A stretch of 64,000 bases of DNA from Candidatus Aenigmatarchaeota archaeon (GTDB lineage Archaea; Aenigmatarchaeota; Aenigmatarchaeia; QMZS01). Where the stretch lies: contig JAUVLW010000002.1 of assembly GCA_030600555.1 (NCBI GenBank), forward strand, positions 1,335 to 65,334. The letters are read 5' to 3'. The notes below the pieces were generated by a model. It saw only the letters and a program-made list of their open reading frames with translations. It ran no database searches and was not told the DNA's origin. Below, one piece after another: positions 56,971 to 64,000 of this stretch. Positions within the stretch are counted from its first letter, which is position 1. Every line of letters starts with the position of its first letter. The position numbers and the translations under genes were made by a program.

Positions 56971-57597
56971 TCAATTATATTTCCCAGCATTTCCAGATAA
57001 AGAATATTTCCTCCCAAGAACATTTTCCATTCCTTTTTGATTGGCCCTTTTCGCTAAATCTTTAATGGATACGCCTTTTTGTTCAAGTTCTTTCATCTGG
57101 TGATAATATTGTTTATATGCGGGAGATAAAGAAGTGTAATAAACATTAGCGAACATTGTTTCACCTTTCTTCAATAATTCTTCTATGTTTGTGTAGACGG
57201 TTAATCCTTCAATAAAATCTTCACCAACAGCCATAGGTAAATAACGAAGCTCTCTCATCTGGGCTTCATGAGTTTTCTCATGAAATGGAGCTACGAGTCC
57301 CATATATTTGTGAAATGCATGTTCCGCTTTATTTAGTGTTATACTTTCAGGTTTGCACCCATAAGGAGAACAGCTTGTTGCAGTAACGCCACCAACACCT
57401 TCAGGCAGTTCTTCATATTTTGGTTTTATTTTTGGTTCATAAGGAGATCCAAAATATTCTTTTGAAATTGAATTTACATAATCATCAAGAAAGGTTTCTT
57501 CTTGTTGTGAAAGTCCTATAGGTATTCCCATAACTGAAATACAAAAATTTTTAAGTAATTTATGCTCCTCAAGAATTGCAGGTTTATAGTCACCCAA
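56971..57597 (-). CDS. Hypothetical protein with HExxH motif (possible zinc metallopeptidase)
   Basis: 208 aa containing FHEKTHEAQM (H-E-x-x-H). No other supporting motif identified. Confidence 0.35.
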   Translation of the reverse strand: MGDYKPAILEEHKLLKNFCISVMGIPIGLSQQEETFLDDYVNSISKEYFGSPYEPKIKPKYEELPEGVGGVTATSCSPYGCKPESITLNKAEHAFHKYMGLVAPFHEKTHEAQMRELRYLPMAVGEDFIEGLTVYTNIEELLKKGETMFANVYYTSLSPAYKQYYHQMKELEQKGVSIKDLAKRANQKGMENVLGRKYSLSGNAGKYN

Positions 57598-58818
57598 AAT
57601 GAAAAACGAGAAATTCTTGAGAATAAAGACGTTTTAATTGAAAATGGGAGAATTTCGGAGATAGGAAATAATCTAAGCAGTAAGGAGGAAATAATTGATT
57701 GCTCCAATAAAATAATAATTCCCGGATTGATAAACTGCCACACTCATGCGGCAATGAATCTTTTGAGAGGTGTTTCAGATGACAAAAATCTTCAGGAATG
57801 GCTGAACGAAGATATCTGGCCAAGAGAAGCAAAGTTAAACGGCGAACTTTGTTATCAGGGAACTTTACTTGCAACAGCGGAAATGTTGTTAACCGGAACA
57901 ACATGTTTTAATGATATGTATTTTTACACCGGAGATGTTGCAAGGGCTGCGGAAAAATCCAGGATGAGGTGTTTTCTCGGTCAGGTGATGTTTGACTTTT
58001 TTGATAAAGATAAAACCAGAAAAATAATTGAAGACTCTGAAATGGAAATAAAGAAAATTCTTGAGCTAAAAAATGAAAGAATAAAACCAACAATAACCCC
58101 GCATTCTGTTGAAACCTGCTCTGATGATTTATTAACTCAGAGCAGAGACCTTGCGAATAAATATAATCTGCCAATACATATGCATTTATCTGAAACCGAA
58201 AAGGAAATAAATGATTGCCTGGATAATCGGGGAAAGAGACCATTGATTTTACTCAATGAACTTGGTTTTCTGAAAAACAAATTTGTCGGCGCTCACGGAA
58301 TTCATTTTAACGAGGAAGAAATAAATATTCTGAACCAAAACAACTCTTTCATTATTTACAACCCCTGCTCAAACGCAAAACTTGCAAGCGGGATTTGCCC
58401 TGCCCGAGAATTAAATAATCTTTGTATTGGGACGGATTCTGTTGCAAGCAACAACAACTTAAATTTATTTGAGGAAATGAAATTCGGGGTTCTTTTGCAA
58501 AGGGTAAACTATAATGAGGTTAATGCAATGAGCACCCAGAGAATTTTTGATTCCGCAACAATTGACGGAGCAAGAGCTTTGGGAATTGAAAATGAAGTCG
58601 GGAGTATTGAAATTAATAAAAAGGCGGATTTGGTTTTAATTGACAAAGACAATATTTTCATGAATCCAAATTATAATATAATTTCCAATCTGGTTTACTC
58701 TTTTAACGGAACTGTGTCTGATGTGATGATTGACGGGAGCTTTGTTGTGAGAAACAAGGAAATTGTGAATTTTGATTTGCGGGAATTGATTGGAAAATTA
58801 AATAGTTTAAACTTTTGA
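57562..58818 (+). CDS. mtaD: Amidohydrolase, MtaD/SsnA-like (5-methylthioadenosine/S-adenosylhomocysteine deaminase family)
   Basis: Metal-binding HTHAAM motif near the N-terminus, SVASNN, and 418-aa length typical of chlorohydrolase/MtaD enzymes. Confidence 0.8.
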   Translation: MLLKNCRFIVTQNEKREILENKDVLIENGRISEIGNNLSSKEEIIDCSNKIIIPGLINCHTHAAMNLLRGVSDDKNLQEWLNEDIWPREAKLNGELCYQGTLLATAEMLLTGTTCFNDMYFYTGDVARAAEKSRMRCFLGQVMFDFFDKDKTRKIIEDSEMEIKKILELKNERIKPTITPHSVETCSDDLLTQSRDLANKYNLPIHMHLSETEKEINDCLDNRGKRPLILLNELGFLKNKFVGAHGIHFNEEEINILNQNNSFIIYNPCSNAKLASGICPARELNNLCIGTDSVASNNNLNLFEEMKFGVLLQRVNYNEVNAMSTQRIFDSATIDGARALGIENEVGSIEINKKADLVLIDKDNIFMNPNYNIISNLVYSFNGTVSDVMIDGSFVVRNKEIVNFDLRELIGKLNSLNF

Positions 58819-58822
58819 TTAA

Positions 58823-59296
58823 TTGAAATGTATGGAAAAACATGAATTCTATTTGAAGCATTACCCAACACTAGATGAAACTGAGAGGGTTTATAGAATT
58901 GCGCTCGGGAAATTAATAAATTCTGAAGAAAGAAAAACTTTTGAACCTGGGTGGAAAAGTCCTGAGTTCGGAAATAAAACCGGTTCAATAGGCTATTTGG
59001 ATGTTGAATTTGGAGATAAATTTATTCCTGTAGATTGTTCTAAAGGAACTGATTATTCCAATATGGAGCATAGAGATGTATTGACTATTTTGGTTGTTGG
59101 AATTGAACCAGAATATCAAAAACAGGGTTATGGCACTCAGTTAATTAACAGAGCTGAGGAAATTGCGTCTGAGAGAAGGCTGGATACATTAATTGTTAGT
59201 TGGCTTGAAGATGAAATCTCCAGAAAATTGTTTACAAGATTGGGTTATCAATTGTATGAAGATGGGTTTTATGCTACGAAAAGATTATACTTCTAA
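58823..59296 (+). CDS. GNAT family N-acetyltransferase
   Basis: Acetyl-CoA binding motif QKQGYGTQLI (Q/RxxGxG/A) in a 157-aa ORF. Confidence 0.8.
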   Translation: MKCMEKHEFYLKHYPTLDETERVYRIALGKLINSEERKTFEPGWKSPEFGNKTGSIGYLDVEFGDKFIPVDCSKGTDYSNMEHRDVLTILVVGIEPEYQKQGYGTQLINRAEEIASERRLDTLIVSWLEDEISRKLFTRLGYQLYEDGFYATKRLYF

Positions 59297-59525
59297 ATTA
59301 AATCCAAAATACCGGCAGTATTCTAAAAAATAAACCTATAAATTTTAATAATTATATGTTATATATATCTAACATTAAGTTAGAAATAGAGAACTTTCCT
59401 AAAAAATTATTTTCACGGAAATTTCTAATTACCTTTTGGAACGCAGTAAAGACACAGGTAATAAATTCAAAAGGTAATAAACAACAGGGTGAAAAAATGA
59501 ATGAAAAATGCAAAGGTGATGTTGA

Positions 59526-59926
59526 ATGAAACTAAGAAAAGACAAAGATATATTATCATTTATTGGGGTCGGTTTGATTATTATCTTACTCGGAAGTGTT
59601 GCGTTGTTTTTTCAAACAGGTTTCAAGACAATAATGGTTCTCGGAGGAATATCAATTCTTGTTGGCATAATGATGTGCCTCATGGTATTAGTTGCTTCGA
59701 CAAAACCAAAACAGAGTTAATACCAGATGAAAGAGTTACAAGAATTAATGAAAAGGCAGGATATTATGCCGGTTTGCTGATTATGTTAGCTGTAATAATT
59801 TTGTTTCAGGCAGACAAAATCTGGTCGTTGGACGTAGAACTTGAAGATATGTATTATACGGTCCTTTTTGTTGGAATGTTTTCATGGATGATACTCAGAT
59901 GGTATTACAATAAAAGAGAAGTTTAA
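59526..59926 (+). pseudogene. DUF2178-like four-TM membrane protein, apparently frameshifted near 59690-59720
   Basis: The N-terminal two TMs are encoded by ORF 59526-59720 (MKLRKDKDILSFIGVGLIIILLG...). The C-terminal half (ELIPDERVTRINEKAGYYAGLLIML...WYYNKREV) continues in another frame (ORF 59501-59926). The switch lies at an A-rich run, acaaaaccaaaacag. The gene directly precedes its usual partner, a 65-aa XRE HTH regulator. Confidence 0.45.
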
Positions 59927-59932
59927 ATAGAT

Positions 59933-60130
59933 ATGAAAACCCGGATAAAAGAACTAAGGGTAAAATATAATTTTACTCAGGAAGACCTCGCAAAAAAAGT
60001 AGGTGTTAGAAGAGAGACAATAGTATTTCTTGAGAGCGGAAAATATAATCCCTCTCTTAAATTAGCCCGCGATATATCAAAAGTCTTAAAATCTAAAATC
60101 GAGGATATTTTTCTTTTTGATGAAGATTAA
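59933..60130 (+). CDS. Helix-turn-helix transcriptional regulator (XRE family, 65 aa, DUF2178-partner type)
   Basis: [65 protein letters not shown], the classic Cro/C1-type HTH with the GKYNPSL signature. Confidence 0.85.
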   Translation: MKTRIKELRVKYNFTQEDLAKKVGVRRETIVFLESGKYNPSLKLARDISKVLKSKIEDIFLFDED

Positions 60131-60194
60131 AACTGTAAAATTAGCAGATTCTTGGTTTTTCAATGAAGATTAAAAAATTATCTTAATTAACTTT

Positions 60195-60686
60195 ATGAGC
60201 GGAAATAAATCAGAGAAAACTGAAAAACCTAAGAAGCAAGAAAAAGAAGATTCAAAGAGTAAAAAACTGGAAGAAGATTATCTTGAGCAGTTAAAATATC
60301 TGCAGGCGGATTTTGAGAATTACAAAAAACGAATTTCTAAAGAAAGGGTGGAATTTATAAATACAGCCAATGAAAATTTGATAAGAGAATTATTGGCTGT
60401 TCTGGATGATTTTGGGATGGCAAATACTCACGCAAAAAATCAGGAGGATTTAGGAGGATTAAAATTAATCCATAAAAATTTCCTGAAAATCCTTGAGAAA
60501 TTCGGGCTAAAAAAAATCGAAACAGAAGGAAAAAAGTTCGACCATTATTTTCATGATGTTCTGTTAAAAGAACCCTCGGATGAGGAAGAAGGAATTATAT
60601 TGGAGGAACTACAGGCAGGTTATCTGCTGAACGGAAAAGTAATCAGGCATTCAAAAATAAAGATTTCTGGAGGGAAAACTCAATAA
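60195..60686 (+). CDS. grpE: Nucleotide exchange factor GrpE
   Basis: 163 aa. LKYLQADFENYKKR GrpE signature and C-terminal beta-domain. Confidence 0.85.
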   Translation: MSGNKSEKTEKPKKQEKEDSKSKKLEEDYLEQLKYLQADFENYKKRISKERVEFINTANENLIRELLAVLDDFGMANTHAKNQEDLGGLKLIHKNFLKILEKFGLKKIETEGKKFDHYFHDVLLKEPSDEEEGIILEELQAGYLLNGKVIRHSKIKISGGKTQ

Positions 60687-60736
60687 TCTTAAATTTAGTC
60701 ATTAAAACACTTTAAATTTTTTTACTTTAATTATTA

Positions 60737-62632
60737 ATGGCAAAAGAGAAAATTATCGGGATTGATTTGGGAACCTCTAATTCACAGGCTTCTGTGATGA
60801 TGGGGGGAAAACCAACAATAATCCCTTCTGCGGAGGGTTCTACCTTATATGGGAAAGCATTTCCTTCAGTTGTTGCATTCACGAAAGATGGTCAGTTGCT
60901 TGTTGGGGAGCCGGCGAGAAGGCAGGCTGTTTCAAACCCGGAAGGAACAATATCCGAAGCAAAGAGGAAAATGGGCGAGAATTATAAATATAAAGTTCAT
61001 GGAAAAGAATACACCCCGCAACAGATTTCAGCTTATATTTTACAGAAAATAAAAAAGGACGCTGAGGCTTTTATAGGAGAGCCTGTTAAGAAAGCAGTCA
61101 TAACTGTTCCGGCTTATTTTGATGACAACCAGAGAACCGCAACAAAAGATGCGGGAAAAATTGCGGGTCTTGATGTTGTAAGACTGGTTAATGAACCAAC
61201 CACAGCTTCAATGGCTTACGGTCTTGACAGAAAGGAGGAAACAAATATTCTTGTTTTTGATTTCGGGGGAGGAACTCTTGATGTTACAATCATGGAATTT
61301 GGAGACGGAACTTTTACGGTTTTGGCAACTCACGGAGATACCCATCTTGGAGGAACTGATATGGATAAAGTACTTGTGGATTATGTAACCGAAGAATTCA
61401 AAAAACAGGAAGGTCTTGATATAATGAATGATGCCATGGCAGTTCAGAGAGTAAAAGAAGCCGTGGAAAAAGCAAAGATTGAACTTTCAACTGTTCTTGA
61501 AACAGAAATTAATTTACCTTACATTACTGCAACAAAAGAAGGACCAAAGCATCTTGTTATGAAAATTACCAGAGCTAAAATTGAAGAACTCGTAGAGCCA
61601 ATAGTTGAAAAATGCAGGAAACCAATTGAGCAGGCAATAAAAGATTCAAAATTATCAAAGGAAACTATTGGAAAAGTTATTTTGGTTGGAGGTCCGACAA
61701 GGATGCCAATTGTGCAGAAATTTGTTGAAAATTTTGTGGGAAAACCTGAGGGCGGAATTGACCCAATGGAATGCGTTGCTCAGGGAGCCGCAATTCAGGG
61801 AGCTGTTCTTTCCGGCGAGGTGAAAGATTTAGTTTTATTGGATGTAACTCCTTTAACTTTAGGAATTGAAACTCTTGGAAGCGTTATGACCCCTTTGATA
61901 GAAAAAAACACAACAATACCAATAAAGAAAAGTCAGATTTTTTCAACAGCGGCTGATATGCAGACTGCTGTTACCATCCACGTTTTGCAGGGAGAAAGAC
62001 CAATGGCAAGTGACAACACAAGTTTGGGTAATTTCAATCTTGTGGGAATTCCTCCGGCTCCAAGAGGCATGCCTCAGATAGAAGTGACTTTTGATATTGA
62101 TGCAAGCGGGATATTAAATGTAAGTGCAAAAGATATGGGAACCGGAAAAGAACAGAAAATGACAATTACAGCCTCAACAAAATTATCTGATGACGAAGTT
62201 GAAAAAATGGTTAAACAGGCAGAAGAACACGAAGAAGAAGATAAAAAAAGAAAGGAGGAAATAGAAATAAGAAACAATGCGGATTCAATGGTTTACACCA
62301 CTGAGAAAACTTTGTCTGAATTGGGAGATAAATTACCAAAAGAGCAAAAAGAAAAAATTGAAGTTAAACTTAAAGAAGCAAAAGAGATTTTGAAAGATAA
62401 AGATACTGCCAAAATTAAAGAGAAAACCGAAGAACTTACAAAAGTTGTTCAGGAAGCCGGAGCCTCAATTTACCAGCAGGCTGCCCAGCAACAGGCTCAG
62501 GAACAGCAGGCAGGTCAGGGAGAAGATAAGAAAGAAGAGGGGAAACCTGAAGATAAAAAAGACCAAGATGAGGTGGTAGACGCTGAGTACAAAGTTGATG
62601 GCGAAGATAAGAATAAAGAGGAGAAGAAATAA
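60737..62632 (+). CDS. dnaK: Molecular chaperone DnaK (Hsp70)
   Basis: [29 protein letters not shown] Hsp70 signatures. 631 aa. Bacterial-type grpE-dnaK arrangement. Confidence 0.95.
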   Translation: MAKEKIIGIDLGTSNSQASVMMGGKPTIIPSAEGSTLYGKAFPSVVAFTKDGQLLVGEPARRQAVSNPEGTISEAKRKMGENYKYKVHGKEYTPQQISAYILQKIKKDAEAFIGEPVKKAVITVPAYFDDNQRTATKDAGKIAGLDVVRLVNEPTTASMAYGLDRKEETNILVFDFGGGTLDVTIMEFGDGTFTVLATHGDTHLGGTDMDKVLVDYVTEEFKKQEGLDIMNDAMAVQRVKEAVEKAKIELSTVLETEINLPYITATKEGPKHLVMKITRAKIEELVEPIVEKCRKPIEQAIKDSKLSKETIGKVILVGGPTRMPIVQKFVENFVGKPEGGIDPMECVAQGAAIQGAVLSGEVKDLVLLDVTPLTLGIETLGSVMTPLIEKNTTIPIKKSQIFSTAADMQTAVTIHVLQGERPMASDNTSLGNFNLVGIPPAPRGMPQIEVTFDIDASGILNVSAKDMGTGKEQKMTITASTKLSDDEVEKMVKQAEEHEEEDKKRKEEIEIRNNADSMVYTTEKTLSELGDKLPKEQKEKIEVKLKEAKEILKDKDTAKIKEKTEELTKVVQEAGASIYQQAAQQQAQEQQAGQGEDKKEEGKPEDKKDQDEVVDAEYKVDGEDKNKEEKK

Positions 62633-62635
62633 TAT

Positions 62636-63667
62636 TTGAGTATTATGGAGAAAGCTGAAGTAAATGAAATGATTAATTCTATATTGGATATGGAATTTTT
62701 AGATTTAAATAATGGGGAAGATACTTTTAAATTAAAGAATGAAAATAATTTAGCAACTCTGGATTATCCTCATTCAAATGATTTAATTGATATTTATTCT
62801 AATATACAAAATAATAATAATTTAAAAGAAATATTTTTGAAAAATCTGAAACTTAATTTAACCAATTCTAGTGAAACTTATAAAGACTTAAATATCATAT
62901 TAAGGGGTTATAGTTTTCAATATGCTTCTAAGTCAGCTCTGTGTTTTTATACTTTACTTAAATTGGGGTATGTTGAAGAAGCTTTGTTTAGTTTATCTCA
63001 GCGTAGACACACTTCAGGTATTTTAACTAAATTACTTCATTTTATTTTAAAAGAAGATTATCGTTATTTTAATTTAGCTCAATTAACCAAGCTTTTAAAT
63101 TCAGTCCATAGTTTTAAATTTATTCCCAATGATAATGAAAATCATTTTTATTTGGAGTTATCGGGAATAATTATTCGCAATAGATATCAAATTACCAAGA
63201 AGAAAATTAAAGGAGTTAATATAGAAATAAATCAGGATAAAAGAAATATAATTGAAAAAATAAAATATTTGAATTTTGATGATAAATATAATCACTTTTT
63301 AAATGAGATTTATAACTGGATCAATCAAGATACTTCCAAAGTGGTAAACGCAGGCATGATTGGAAATTTAAGAAATTTCATGCAAGATTTGTTAACCGAT
63401 ATTGCTAAAAGAATCGCTAGTGAAGAGAAAGAAAATATTCCTAAAAGCTGTAATAGTGAAATGGGGAATATAAGAGCTTATCTGAAGATTAAATTAGAAT
63501 TGTCTGATAAAGATAATTCCTTTATAAATAGTTATATTTCTGTTCTTCATTCTGAAGGTGGACACTCTTTTACTTCAAATAAGGAATATTTTAGACTTGC
63601 TATAAATATAGGTGTTGAAATTATTCTTCTTATTTTGTCAAAATATCAAAACAAATATTCTAAATAA
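62636..63667 (+). CDS. Hypothetical N/K/I-rich protein
   Basis: 343-aa ORF occupying the position where dnaJ would be expected. No J-domain HPD motif. Compositionally even more AT-rich than its surroundings. Confidence 0.4.
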   Translation: MSIMEKAEVNEMINSILDMEFLDLNNGEDTFKLKNENNLATLDYPHSNDLIDIYSNIQNNNNLKEIFLKNLKLNLTNSSETYKDLNIILRGYSFQYASKSALCFYTLLKLGYVEEALFSLSQRRHTSGILTKLLHFILKEDYRYFNLAQLTKLLNSVHSFKFIPNDNENHFYLELSGIIIRNRYQITKKKIKGVNIEINQDKRNIIEKIKYLNFDDKYNHFLNEIYNWINQDTSKVVNAGMIGNLRNFMQDLLTDIAKRIASEEKENIPKSCNSEMGNIRAYLKIKLELSDKDNSFINSYISVLHSEGGHSFTSNKEYFRLAINIGVEIILLILSKYQNKYSK

Positions 63668-63709
63668 TTTTAGCAGTTATGAACCCTAAAAAAACAACTC
63701 AATATAATA

Positions 63710-64000
63710 ATGAACCAAAAAAATGTTGACAGAATAAAACTCAAAGACAAGGAAATAATTCTTATAGGTACTGTTCATGTATCAAAGAACAGTGTTGAAC
63801 TTGTGGATGAAATAATAAAAAAGGAAAAACCCGATACAGTTGGAGTTGAGCTTTGCGAAAACCGCTACAAATCCTTGACCTCAAAGAAGAAATGGGAAAA
63901 CATGAAAATAACCAAGATAATGAAAGAGGGAAAAACCTATTTATTTCTCGCAAATCTTTTGCTTGCTGGTTTCCAGAAGCGGATTGGAGAAGACCTCAAA
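63710..64000 (+). CDS. TraB/PrgY/GumN-family protein (partial; continues beyond window end)
   Basis: Hand translation: MNQKNVDRIKLKDKEIILIGTVHVSKNSVELVDEIIKKEKPDTVGVELCENRYKSL... matches the conserved TraB-family N-terminus (GTxHVS...VxVEL). Confidence 0.6.
   Translation, partial: MNQKNVDRIKLKDKEIILIGTVHVSKNSVELVDEIIKKEKPDTVGVELCENRYKSLTSKKKWENMKITKIMKEGKTYLFLANLLLAGFQKRIGEDLK

Noticed and set aside
1-64000. Looked for CRISPR arrays, cas genes, transposases, integrases, rRNA genes and prophage-like blocks
   Set aside because: No regularly spaced direct repeats, no recognisable cas, transposase or integrase motifs and no rRNA-like conserved stretches were seen. The window reads as core chromosome.

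Overview
This 64 kb window is AT-rich (by eye roughly one-third GC) and reads as an archaeal chromosomal segment, not a mobile or accessory island. Archaeal markers: two-subunit PheRS (pheS/pheT), aIF5B, PCNA, archaeal DnaG primase, ribosomal proteins L21e/L1/P0, SecE/Sec61-gamma, Hel308, prefoldin beta, archaeal-type TIM, GatE, and a two-subunit 2-oxoacid:ferredoxin oxidoreductase. The small, dispersed gene clusters and the heavily intron-interrupted tRNAs suggest a DPANN-like or Thermoproteales-like lineage. This is my inference; no search was possible. The 5' end (1-9.1 kb) is a glycosylation/sugar-nucleotide cluster: GT1, two SDR epimerase/dehydratases, AsnB, a GT-C membrane transferase, a truncated GT2 fragment and a flippase-like protein. 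The middle holds central metabolism (korAB, BadF-type sugar kinase, cupin PGI, tpiA, enolase), translation factors and aminoacyl-tRNA synthetases. The 3' end carries a bacterial-type grpE-dnaK pair, an XRE regulator paired with a DUF2178-like membrane protein, a GNAT, an MtaD-like amidohydrolase and a partial TraB-family gene. The most striking sequence-level feature is that all five tRNA genes I could find (Phe, Gln-CUG, Ser-GCU, Gln-UUG, Gly-UCC) carry introns at non-canonical positions. One has three introns and one has a ~157-nt T-loop intron. I found no CRISPR array, rRNA, transposase or integrase. Two sub-60-aa genes missing from the ORF track (secE and a 4-Cys zinc ribbon) were recovered by hand. 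Several ORF-track starts look too far upstream (tpiA, the SPFH protein, UXS, the first SDR). I found no single clearly novel multi-gene system. The best candidates for follow-up are the multi-intron tRNA set, a 699-aa secreted protein with repeated CCPxGxC motifs, a membrane-anchored PD-(D/E)xK nuclease next to a zinc ribbon, a NurA-like ORF next to dnaG, and a head-to-head pair of truncated glycosyltransferase genes that marks a probable rearrangement junction.
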